NCBI GenBank assembly: GCA_009859145.1
Contig: VRVR01000019.1
Location: forward strand, 31,073 to 95,072
Source of the DNA: Andalucia godoyi And28
Lineage: Eukaryota; Protista; Jakobida
DNA: 64,000 nucleotides
Direction of reading: 5' to 3'
Each line of letters opens with the position of its first letter. Position 1 is the first letter of the stretch. A program made the translations under genes and the position numbers. Below are positions 50,030 to 61,400 of the stretch, in pieces. The notes under the pieces were generated by a model that worked only from the letters and a program-made list of their open reading frames with translations, did not search any database and had not been told where the DNA came from.

Positions 50030-51649
50030 ATGCTGGTGCGACGGCATGGGATGATTCTCCGATTTCTGACGGATGTCCCCAATTACAGTCGCAGTCACAG
50101 TCACAGTTGCAGTCGAAGTCGCAGTCGTAGTGATGGTGCGGTGATGATGTTTCGCGAGAGTGCGTCGAATGGAGCAGTGACATGGCGTTTCTCATCCTCT
50201 TCGACTTTGACACGGACATCGACGGCGGTCTCAGAGGGACGAATGCAGGATGAAGGTGGACATGAGCGGATGCGAGGTAGAATTCGACAATGGCTCTCGA
50301 GCATGTTTCTTCCGGCAAACTATCCAAAGTCGGTGCACGCATCGTATGCGTCGTTTCACTTTTGGCAGGCAATAGAGACATTCACGACATCGACATCGGG
50401 TGTGCTGTGCAATCAGGCGCTGTTGGTGTCGTTGGGCTTGTCTGCGTCGTCTGGGACTGCGGCTGCGGCTGTGGCGATCCAGTGGGTGCTGAAGGACGGG
50501 CTAGGGGAAATCACAAAGCTGTTCTTCACCCGGCGGTACGCTCCGTCGTTTGACTCGCATCCGCTGCAATGGAAGCTTTCAAGCGAGATCTTGCACGAGG
50601 TAGGCTCGACAATCTTCTTGCTTACTGTCCTTGCGCCGCCGTCGTTTTTTCTCGGCTTGGCTTCCATTGGGAACGTTGCGAGATCGATCTCATGGGTGAC
50701 GTGGGGTTCGACACATATGTGGTTTTCAAAACACTTTGCACTCGGACGCAACATTGGCGATATCAGTGCAAAGGCAGACTCCCAAATGTCGTTTGCACAT
50801 GTGCTTGGCATGATCGTGGGCGCCGGGCTCTTGTCGATCTCACACACGCCCGGATTCCTATTCTCGTGCTTTGCTATCCTCGCCCCGGCCCATTTGCTTG
50901 CTACCGTGTCGCTCATTCGAACTGCTCGGTTCCCATTCTTGAATGAGTCCAGTGGCATGCTGGTCGCATCCGAATTTGCGAGGCTCGGTGCGGTACCAAC
51001 GCCGCTCCAGCTCAACAAGCTGATGTCTTTCACGGGAACGTGCCCGTTGTGGAAGCAGATCACATACGGACACGAAATTGCGTCTCGACCGGACGTTGTG
51101 CCACGAGTCTTGATCGGAGAGTCAATGCGCGGGGAACTCGAGTCAGCGACCCCTGAAGCCATACAGAGTATATCAGACTTGATTGCGGCAAACAATTTCC
51201 TGATATTGCCATACGCGCCAAACGGCCTTCTTGCCGCCGCTTCTCCGGATTCACGCGGACTGGGGTTCCGAGGCTTGTTTGCGCGAATGCGTGCTGCTTG
51301 GGACGGGTTCTGTGCAAGGAAAGTGCCGACGTATCGTGTAATCTTGCAGAAGCATGCATCTCCGGCGGACATTGCGCGGAGTCTGCTTGTGATCTCACAA
51401 CTGCAACATGACGCAAATATTGGGCCGGCGGGTTCTTTCGCAGCGGTGGCTAATGGGGCAACACAGCAGTGGTTGGACCGCTTGCAATCAACTTGCGACG
51501 CGGCGCAGACGTTGTTTTTGGAGTTTGAAAAACAGTTGGAGACTGCTGGCTTCCGCGTGTCTGATATGCATTTTGCGGACCGTGGAAAGCGATACATGAT
51601 CCTTGAAGAGAATGCGCACACCTCCGAAGCGGCAGAGCAAACAAAGTGA
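50030..51649 (+). CDS. RUS1: RUS1/DUF647 (root UVB sensitive, C16orf58-like) protein, 539 aa
   Basis: FLPANYPKSV...Y..F..WQ, AVAIQWVLKDGLGEI, FDSHPLQWKL, HFALGRNIGDISAKADSQ, ARFPFLN. The Arg/Ser-rich N-terminus could be a targeting peptide (inference). Confidence 0.88.
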   Translation: MLVRRHGMILRFLTDVPNYSRSHSHSCSRSRSRSDGAVMMFRESASNGAVTWRFSSSSTLTRTSTAVSEGRMQDEGGHERMRGRIRQWLSSMFLPANYPKSVHASYASFHFWQAIETFTTSTSGVLCNQALLVSLGLSASSGTAAAAVAIQWVLKDGLGEITKLFFTRRYAPSFDSHPLQWKLSSEILHEVGSTIFLLTVLAPPSFFLGLASIGNVARSISWVTWGSTHMWFSKHFALGRNIGDISAKADSQMSFAHVLGMIVGAGLLSISHTPGFLFSCFAILAPAHLLATVSLIRTARFPFLNESSGMLVASEFARLGAVPTPLQLNKLMSFTGTCPLWKQITYGHEIASRPDVVPRVLIGESMRGELESATPEAIQSISDLIAANNFLILPYAPNGLLAAASPDSRGLGFRGLFARMRAAWDGFCARKVPTYRVILQKHASPADIARSLLVISQLQHDANIGPAGSFAAVANGATQQWLDRLQSTCDAAQTLFLEFEKQLETAGFRVSDMHFADRGKRYMILEENAHTSEAAEQTK

Positions 51650-51681
51650 TCACACTTGACTATTTGTGGTGATCTTTTTTT

Positions 51682-51913
51682 TTACCGCTTCTTCTTTCCG
51701 ACTCTTTCCGCTCGTCTTTTGACATGCTTTGGAATCTTCTCTTTTCGCTTGTCTCGTTTGGATTCCTTCACAGCTTTCTTGTTTTGTCGACGCAGCTCCC
51801 GGACTTCCTCGGCGGAAACGGTTTTTTTCTCCTTCCAGGAATCCGCAGCGGCTTCTTCATCGTCATCATCATCATCATCATCATCATCGTCATCATCATC
51901 ATCGTCGTCATTA

Positions 51914-51945
<32 letters not shown>

Positions 51946-53343
51946 AGAATTGGATTTGGAATCGGAACGTCCCACCGCAGCATCGTCTGCTCGACCGGTC
52001 TCGAGAGGGTTGTTATCACAACTGTGTCCGGTTGCCGAAGCAGATTCGGGTGGGTGGCTTTCCGTGGCGACAGAAGCAGCGCTCTCGCCTTCGTCCCTTG
52101 TCGTCTTCACCGTGTGAGATCGAGCGGATGATGCCACAGACGCGACCGCGCCTGCATATTGTTGGAACAAGTGCAGCTGGTTGGATGCTTCATTTTCGAA
52201 ATCCACGAGATCGTCGACTTGACGGGGAATGAAGGTCTGTTCGAAAACGAGCTGCTCGACTGCATCGTCGTCGTCCCGATCCCCCAGACCCGAAAAGTTG
52301 GACGGATCGGATTTCAGGGTTTCGACGGCTGCATAAAACCCCTCCATGAACCCGTCGACATCCGCCTCGACCCAACCTTCGGGGACTGGATGGCGCTGCG
52401 TGAGCAAGTCAAACACGACTCGCATCTTTAGTGTTTGCACTTCATGCCGCTTGAAAAATGAGGATACGTTCCGGATGTCCATGCGCAGAAAATCGAGTGA
52501 CCGGGGATGGTCCATTTCGACCGACTGCGACACGTCGATCCACACAACTTCCAGGGAAGGAGTCAACAGTAAATTATATTCCGACAAGTCCGCATGGACT
52601 AATCGGCACAGATGAAAGAGGCGATACATTCCTGCAATCACAGACAAGTATATGTCGCCCCACTTGGACGATGTTGCGCTGATAAAGTCCACATCCTTCA
52701 GCCTCGGATACGGGATCCCGTCCTCGCCCATAAACGACATGACCAGCACATGCTGTCGAAGTAGCAACGGCTCGGGACACAGAAACCCCGACTGGAATAG
52801 CCTTTTCAAGTTCCGCATTTCCTTCTCGGCCCACGTCCGAACCATCTTGCGCGGGTTGTGTCGCGAGTACCCCGTTCGAAACCGAAACTCGCCGGAAACG
52901 TACTGATCGCGGTCCTTGAACACCAAAATCGATGTCTTGTACACTTTAATCGCGCGTTCTTCCTTCACCCCATCCACTTCGCGGACTGCATAGTACACAT
53001 TGGCCTCCTTTCCTGTTGAAATACACCCGTGCATCGTCGTGATCACCCGTGTGTTGAGCAGTTTGAACAGAATCAAGCGAGTCCGCGGGTCCAAAACCTG
53101 CTCGGAAGTCGCCCGATCCGACTTGTCTACTGCCGAAATCTTTGACTGCCGCTCCATTTGCGCATCCAGCTTCGCAAGACGGTTCTTCAGTGGCTGCAGC
53201 GACGCCGCATTCGACGACGAGGAATGGACCGAGGCCGTCGAACATCCATCCGGTCGAACCATCCGAAGCGCCTCTTCAATTACGTCATAATCATTGTCCA
53301 AGTCATTCTCTGAGTCCGAGCCAGTCGAGTCGGAACCGTCCAT
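51682..53343 (-). CDS. RIO1: RIO1 serine/threonine kinase, 553 aa
   Basis: DRATSEQVLDPRTR, GCISTGKEANVY, AIKVYKTSILVFKDR, WAEKEMRNL, LVHADLSEYN, IDVSQSVE, with an acidic then basic C-tail. First ATG at 53343. Confidence 0.96.
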
Positions 53344-53635
53344 TCTTTCTTCTTTAACCCCTCCCGGCACTGCTGTCGACTGTCTTTCTTGATCAAATCA
53401 AAGGCCAAAGAAGGAAAAACAAAAACAAAAAGGGGAAAATCGGAAAAGAAGAAGAAGAAAGGTCAACAGACTGTAGATGAGCGAATTTCCTGGAGAGAGG
53501 AGAAAGTAGACTCAATTGAGTGTGGGGAAGTGCAAAAGAAAGAGCGAAACGCCACGATCTACGGTTGCGGTAGAAGCGTGCGGGAGTTTTTTTTTCCCCT
53601 TTTGTGTTTTTCATACCGTTTTCATTTTCTTTTTT

Positions 53636-54262
53636 TTACAACAGCTGATCATCGCCGGAGTACGTATGGGACAGGAGCTGGCGAAACTCTGAATAGTCCA
53701 CGAGACCCGACTTGTCCTTGTCGGTGTCGGCATACAGCTTTCGCTCGTCAATCGAGAGTCCGAACTTGCGGATAATGTCTGCGAGCTTCTCAAAGTGCAC
53801 GTGTCCCGTTCGATCCGGCTTCCCGCCAAGCACAACGAACGCATCCACAAGCTCCGAGTCATTGTTGATGTTCAGCACGAATTCTCTCGCAGTCTTCATA
53901 AACGACAAGTACTGCGGAAAATCCAGACCCGCGCTTCGGCTGCTCGACGACGACGACGACGACGACGCCGCCTCGCTATGACCGCCACTGCTGCTTCCAC
54001 TACAGTCGTTTGTGGATTCTCCGAACGAGGAGTCCGAGAGCAGCATGAACAAATCGTCGTCGGCAATATCGAGCCGCAGCGCCTGCAGGATTCCCTTGAT
54101 TTTCCACTGCTCAATGTACCCGCGGTTTTCCGGATCCGCTTCGAAAAACAAACCGCGATACGACTCCACGTCTTCCTGCGTCAGCGTCACAAACTTTAGC
54201 TGCTCTTCTGTGCTGCGGCTGCCCTGCAAGTCCACAGAAACCGCTGTACCACCGCCACTCAT
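53636..54262 (-). CDS. EF-hand protein resembling axonemal outer-arm dynein 18-kDa light chain (LC4), 208 aa
   Basis: ATG 54262. DAFVVLGGKPDRTG...IIRKFGLSID...DTDKDKSGLVDYSEF matches the LC4-type C-lobe. A Ser-rich insertion lies in the N-lobe. Confidence 0.75.
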   Translation of the reverse strand: MSGGGTAVSVDLQGSRSTEEQLKFVTLTQEDVESYRGLFFEADPENRGYIEQWKIKGILQALRLDIADDDLFMLLSDSSFGESTNDCSGSSSGGHSEAASSSSSSSSSRSAGLDFPQYLSFMKTAREFVLNINNDSELVDAFVVLGGKPDRTGHVHFEKLADIIRKFGLSIDERKLYADTDKDKSGLVDYSEFRQLLSHTYSGDDQLL

Positions 54263-54362
54263 TCCAAGCAAAACGAGCCACACCCTTTGATGAGGAACAA
54301 GGATAATAATAATAACAACAATAATAATAATAATAGCAGAACTGGAAAAAGTCAAACAGGCT

Positions 54363-54367
<5 letters not shown>

Positions 54368-54445
<78 letters not shown>
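54368..54445. repeat. (GA)39 microsatellite
   Basis: Perfect dinucleotide run in the divergent intergenic region between the LC4-like gene and RPS18. Confidence 0.97.
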
Positions 54446-54448
<3 letters not shown>

Positions 54449-54633
54449 GCGGTTGGAGAAAAGAAAAGGACGAAGCAAACTGCTGTACGGATTGTTGTCG
54501 GGCACTTTTATTACCCTTTTGTCCCTTTGTGCGTGGGAAATGTCGACCGGATAATTAAGCGTAATTAAGGACCCTCCCGGTTTAAGGGAAGGTCAAGAGG
54601 CAAAGGGAAAACAAGACGGGTCCGGTTCTGTTC

Positions 54634-54660
54634 TAACCCTACAAACCCTACACTAGGGTT
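54634..54660 (+). promoter_or_regulatory. Cluster of three telo-box-like motifs upstream of RPS18
   Basis: TAACCCTA (54634-54641), AAACCCTA (54643-54650) and TAGGGTT (54654-54660), about 150-175 bp before the RPS18 ATG. Confidence 0.55.
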
Positions 54661-54808
54661 CTGGTGCATCAAGCATAATTGCTTTTGGAACTGGTTTTGG
54701 GGATTTTGGGTTTTTATTGATTCTCTGTTTAGTGGGTCTTTTAGTTGTTGTTTTTTGGTTTTGTTGTGATTGTCTTCTCTTGGTGTGAATTCTCATCGTC
54801 GCGTAACA

Positions 54809-55270
54809 ATGTCTCTGTCGCTCCCTGAAGGTCAATTTATCCACATCCGCCGTATCCTCAATACGAACATTGACGGAAAGGCAAAGGTGATGTATGCACT
54901 CACCAAGATCCGTGGTATCGGTCGTCGTTTCTCAAACCTTGTTTGCAAGCGTGCAAAGGTGGACATGGCGAAGCGTGCAGGAGAGCTCTCGAACGAGGAG
55001 ATCGAGCGCCTGGTTGCCGTTATCCAGAACCCGTTGGACTTCAACATTCCCGATTGGTTTGTGAATCGTCGTCGTGACATGAAGGATGGAGCCACCTACC
55101 AGGTTACCTCCAACAACGTCGACACTGTCCTCCGTGACGACTTGGAGCGCCTGAAGAAGATCCGCTGCCACCGTGGTCTCCGCCACTCCTGGAACATCAA
55201 GGTTCGTGGTCAACGCACCGGTACCACTGGTCGTCGTGGACGTCCCGCGCTTCTCCAGGAGCACAAGTAA
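54809..55270 (+). CDS. RPS18: 40S ribosomal protein S18 (uS13), 153 aa
   Basis: [64 protein letters not shown]. Intronless; ATG at 54809. Confidence 0.98.
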   Translation: MSLSLPEGQFIHIRRILNTNIDGKAKVMYALTKIRGIGRRFSNLVCKRAKVDMAKRAGELSNEEIERLVAVIQNPLDFNIPDWFVNRRRDMKDGATYQVTSNNVDTVLRDDLERLKKIRCHRGLRHSWNIKVRGQRTGTTGRRGRPALLQEHK

Positions 55271-55415
55271 GGTTGTTTTCTGTCATATTTTTGTTTGTTG
55301 GACATCTTTTTTCTGAAATCTCTGTAGACCTGGACTGTATCATGCGCTAGTAAACACCTTGAAACCAGTAAAGGACCCCCTTTATATGCACAGTAGTTTT
55401 TGTTGTTGTTTTTTC

Positions 55416-58400
55416 CTATGTCCAGTCCGTGTCTGTCTTGCCGCTTATCACCCTTTTTGATCCAGTCATGCGTCCATGTGCGTGTGCGTGTGCGTGTGCG
55501 TGTGCGTGTGCGTGTGCGTGTGCGTGTGCGTGTGCGTGTGCGTGTGCGTGTGCGTGTGCGCGTTGTTTGAGCCGCATAAGGCTGATCCACTCTTGCGCAA
55601 GTGCAAGGGTCGCCGCCGACAGGTTCTGTGCAGCCAGAACCGCTGCTCCGTCTGTTTCTTCCAGCACGTCGTCGCCGTCACCGTCATCGTCGTCGAGCGT
55701 TGCAAGAATGGGGGTGGGGATGGGGGTGGAAGCAGCTGCGGATGCGCGGTCGGCCATGCTGAGCCGTCCCTTGGTGCCGGTGGCAGCCGCAGCAGTCTTT
55801 GTGGATGGCGGCTGGAGCAAGACCGGCTCGGACAGTGAGAAGTCGGCTTGCGAGGGCGCTTTGGGAGCCGCGGGGAAGTCGGTGAGCTTGGAGAGCGATT
55901 GGAAATCGGTCTCCTTGCTGAGCATGTCGACAACGCTCAGAGCCACGTCTGTGGGCGAAGCGTCCAAGGACTCTTGGTCTGCGAGGAACATTGCGATACG
56001 CTCCACGATCCACGGGCGATTGACGCGCAAGAACTCTTCGCGGGTCTCATCGTTCATCATGCGCTCAGAGAGGGAGCCGTCGGCGCCGGTCGGAGCCATG
56101 AGCAAGGCATCATCCACTGCCCAGCGCGTCGCCTCGAACTCAGAACCCAGCTGTCGCCGATATGCCGCTTCCTCTGCATCCGCTCCCTCGGAACCAGTCC
56201 GCAGCCTTTCGAGAGCGTCAATGTCGCTCCGAACTTTCCAGATGCCGAGCTTTTCTCGCAGCCACATCAGCACAGAGGCCACTCCACCGCAAGAAACAAG
56301 CAGCAACGGGACCAGAATCGCAAACAAGGGATCGTCAAACATGACATACTCTTGACGGAACATAATCTCCACGGAAAACACAGTGTAAATCAGGCCAGCT
56401 GCAAACAGGCCGCATTGGAAAAAGTACTGTGGAGAGAAGCACAGGTGATCGATGGAGCGGATTTCTGCTGGAAGCGCTTCGTTCATCTGATCATCCATGC
56501 CTCGCCAGTCCGTTTGGCGGCGATTATATCTGTCGCGCGTAAACTTGATGTACTCGAATGTCTTCCAGCCATAGAAGAGCTCCATGATATTATCCAAGAA
56601 GACGTCCATTACCATTTGAGCAAACATGATCACAAGAGTGAAAACGACATAGAACACAAAATCCTGGTCTCGAATTCCGTACAGCTCACTGATCAGCGTC
56701 TCCTTGCGGAAAACGAACAGGTACGTAATGAAGATCGGAGAGAAAATGAGAGCGCAGTCATCAATCGAGTACACCACCATGGATTCCACCATTGCGGAAA
56801 TCAGATGAAGTTCCTCCTTGAGGTTGAACGCATCCTCCACATCCTCATCGTCATCATCAGACAAGCGCGCAGAAGATGAATCGTCTGTGGCGCCATCACC
56901 ATCTGCATCCGCATTCGAGAGCATGGAATTGTTGTTGGCTTGTCTGGTCGACTGTGACTTCCGTTTCATTCGTTTCAGCAAGTTCTTGAAAAACCGCTTG
57001 ATCAGCCCAATGTATCCAGGAATCTGCGCAAGAAACTTTCCCAGCGCCGGATCAAAATAAAGACGTTGTAAGATGGCAAGAATCAGATCGATGAAAAACC
57101 CAATGACGAAATCCGTAAACGTGGAAGCTCCGAGTGTCATCGTGAACTGCGTAAGCAGCAGTGCTATGCCGTACGGGACAACAAACAGCGCTTCATACAA
57201 AACATCCATCATCAGTTTTTCGTGCAACATTCCAACAACTTTCAAAACAATTACAAAGACGTAGATATTCTCTGCAAACGTTTTGGAATACGAAAATTCC
57301 AAAAGAACCACCAAGAACAAGACGTTGATGAAGCCGATGAAAAGCATGTGGGAGCGCTTCCAGAACAGCGGATACCACAGCTCCTCATCGTCCGGTTTGA
57401 GCAAACGAGGATTGTTGTCCCCGCGGTCCAGGACAAACAAGTTCACACCCTTCAAACACATAAAGACGCCAACGACGAGATTGCACAGTCCAAATCTGCC
57501 AGCACGATACTTCAACAGTGTCTCTTCATCTGCTGCGGCAGCGGCATTCCAGTCGGCTGGAACGCTGTCGAACACGCCTGCGTTCAGAATTGACCAAGCA
57601 ATAGCCAGAACAGCAAACGAAGGAGCCAGTACCAAGAAACTTCCGATGAAAGGAGGAGGCGCCATCAGCGACACGCATGCAAAAAATCTCAATCCGGGGG
57701 GATGCTTCAGTTTGGTGAAGACGCGGTGCACAATCCAGAATGAAAACGTTACTAAGATCGCAAAAAAAGCAATCACAAAGTAGAGAACCAGGTACAACGG
57801 TAACGAAAATGCGAACAAATTCAGCAACTCAAAATATGTCAGTGACCTAAAGCTGATGGTGAAGGGCAGAATAACCTGTGGCTGCGAGGATGTCGATGAC
57901 GATCCCCCTTCTGTGACGTTTCCAATAGATATGGTTTCGGACGAAGCATTTCCGAAAACATATGATTCTGGAGCCGAACTGAAAGAATATACGTACTGAG
58001 CCAACACAATCCGTTTGACATTCGGCGCCATTTGATAATAGCCCACCTCAAATGTGACCGAAGACGGTGTTCCACCAACGACACCAGGAGGTCCTTCAAC
58101 CAGCACGGGAATAAACTGGGTGCCAAGCAGTTGGCTCACATAACTACCGCCTCCTGACGAAGTTGTGGCAGCATCAATTGGATCGGTTGTAATGTAAAAC
58201 AGCGGATCAGACTGAGCTTCTATTTCATACCAACGAGGAGCCTGAGCAGTCCCAGCAATGTTTTCTTCATAGTAACAAGAGATGGAATAAGAACAACTGT
58301 CTCCGTACGGTGACCCGCCGAAGGGGTTGAATTCATTGACTGGGACAGTCTGGCCGGCAGGAACAAGAGAGCAGTATTCTTCGGACTCAAAGAGTGCGGA

Positions 58401-61400
58401 AAACGGAGCCAACGAATCAAACGTATCGCATCGCGACGCATAAGGCAGGTATGGGACCAACAGCGCAGGCTGGCGCTCGACCCAAAAATCGTCTGGTTGA
58501 ACTCGTAAGTCGTCTTCGTTCCGAATAAGAACCTGCTGATGTGCCTTCGAAATGGGAACAATGCCAGTCTGTCCAAGCGCATCCTCTGCTGGGGGAGGAT
58601 TGAGAAGCAGCGAAATATCATCGAAACGCGGAAGAATCGCAAAGAAGGAAGCAGTCGAACCAAGCACACCTCGAGAAGGGGCGATAAACGATGCAGTCGA
58701 AACTCCAAGAAAGCTGTCTTTGAATCCTGACAAAACGCCGTACATAAGTTCTATCGAAACACGAAGATACATTGGGCGCTGGGCAAAGTAGTAAACTACA
58801 AATGGGAAGGAAGCATCAAACTCCTGGCCAGCAGCAAGCAGATACTCGTCATCGGCCAATCTTTCCGGGAATGTGTCCAATTCTCCGTCACCGTCAGCAT
58901 CGGAAGGAAGAATATCTGCCTCTGTCTCCCCTGCAAAGATAGAGATCCTGTAATCATCATTCAGCACAAAATCCGTCAAGTTGCCCAATGAAAATGTCAA
59001 CCGCATATAGCCCAGAGTTGGAAACTTGATGATGGAAAATGACGTAGATTGGGCCCCCGCACTGCGCACACCCCCTGAAGAAGCCGATCTTAGAACTTGT
59101 GCTTCGACAAAGGAAAACCCAAACACTTCTGCCTTTGCCTTTGTTGCAGAATCCAATACAATCGGATTAATCGAGTCTACATAGCCGCCGTGAGACAACA
59201 ACCATTCGAAATCCTTTTGACAATCAGAGTACACTCGAGCAGCCATGCGGGAAGTAGTACCGCGAGGACATCTATATTCGTCGTTTTCGGCCTTGGTGAG
59301 TCCAGGTGGGCAGTAGTAGCCTGGAACACACGGAACACGTCGTCGCCCCGAAAACGAAGTTCCAGGAGGGCAAACATACCCTGCAGGACAAGTAAAGGAT
59401 TCGCTCGAGTCAGCATAAGTTTGGATGGAGCAAGAATGCGTCGCTGGACAAGGATTGTTGCGCTGCAGCGACAATGTGACACGGCTGCCACAGGTAAAGC
59501 CCTCTGGGCACGGATTCGAAGATGACAACTTCGCAAGACCCGGCATTGGACAAACTCGGCCTTCCGGACATTCCTTACATAACGATACTCCAGAAAGACC
59601 CTCGACTTCGGACCACGTACCTGCTGGACAAGAGACGCAAGAAATGCCATCCGATAAATTTCTGAACGTCCCTGGAGGACAAACAACAGGGACTGCAGTT
59701 GCCTGAAAAGGGCAAGTCCTTCCAACTGGACAAGAAATGCAGTCATACATTGACGAGTTTGGCGCGTACGTACCGGGTTGGCAGGGAATCGGTCGAACAG
59801 AACGATATCCTGGGGCAATGAATCCTGGAATCGTCGAGACTGGTTGGCTGGACGCAGGCGGACAATAGAATCCAGGAGTGCATTCGATGCCCACCATCGT
59901 CGGAGTTCCTTCTAAGCAGTACGTGCCAGCAAGGCAGTGCTGGGGATAACCAATCTGCGCAACTCGCACTTCCTTGCTCTTGACTCCAGCCAGACAGTAC
60001 GTTCCGGCATCACACTTCTTAGGCCGCCGAATTCCATCGTCCGGGAATCCGTCTCCAAGCGGTGTATCTGTTGCAATGCCACGACCACAGTAGAATCCTG
60101 CAGGACAAAGGTCCATCGGCGCAGACAAACCTCGGGTTACGCAAACAAAGCCGGCAGGACATAGGTCGGGTTTTCGAGTGCCAAATCCTTGACACAAAAA
60201 ACCAAAAGGGCACTGCTTACACAAAATTGAACCATATCCATCTGCATACGTACCAGGCTTGCACTGTGTCGCATTCACATTCGCAGTACCATTGCAGAAT
60301 GAGCCAGGAGGACATGGCTTCGGTAGGGTAGCTAATCGACCATCGATTTGTACTTCAGGGGCGCAATAAAAACCAGGTGGGCAGGCATAACTGCCACGGG
60401 GATCTGAGGCAGTAGGAAGACAGACGAACCCTCCGAAACATGGCTGTGATGTCCCAAAATCTCCATCGATGGATGGTTGTTCTTGTCGAGTTCCCTCGGA
60501 GCAGTACACACCAGCGCCACAGGGAATCGGCCGGTTTGGAATTGTGGTGTTAGGGGAGTATGAGATCGTTCCCAACGGACAGTAGTGACCAGGGGGACAC
60601 AGTCCACGGGAAATTACAAGACCCGTAACGTTGCACACTCGACCCGCGGGACAGAGAAGGGGCGTTCGCATACCAGAAAAGGGACATATTCGGCCAACAG
60701 GACACGGGAAGCAGTCAAGCTGACCGAGAATGTCCTGATACGTTCCAGGAACACAAAGCGAAAAATTTGATCGAGAAGCCGAGTTCGAAAACGTTCCAAT
60801 TGGAACAGGTAACGCCAACTCGGAGATGCAATACATTCCAGGAGGACATGGGAAATAATGAAAGTTTCTGCCGCTGATCCTGGTAGAGTTAACAAGCGGA
60901 ACGCCCTCCGAAGAAACCAAGGACAGCACAACATGTCTGGTGGACCACAACTGCCTGGAGTCGATCCGCATATACTCATTTGTGTCATGCTGCATATGGG
61001 CTTGAGCGAAGACAGGAGGCGAAACGCAAACAAGCATTGTGTCGGACAAAATCTTCGCAGGACGGCTTGAAAACAAGGTACCAAACCGGCACAGCACTCT
61101 GGTGTGGATACCCGAAAATCCGCTGCCTTGGACGAATACCACAGTTCCGCCCGCGGTAGATCCGGATGAAGGCACTAAAGCAAGAATCTGCACACCATCT
61201 CGGATTCTCAAATGCGAAGGAGGATAAAGACTCCGTTCTGCGGAAGACGAATAGGCAGAAAACGAAACAGAAACATCCGAAAAATGAAAAGGAGCTTGTG
61301 TGATCTGCATTCTGACGAAATCGACGTTTGCTGTTAGCGAAGCACGGCCAGGGACTCCGCACAGAGCAAAAGATGAATTAATATACGAGATTCGAACAAA

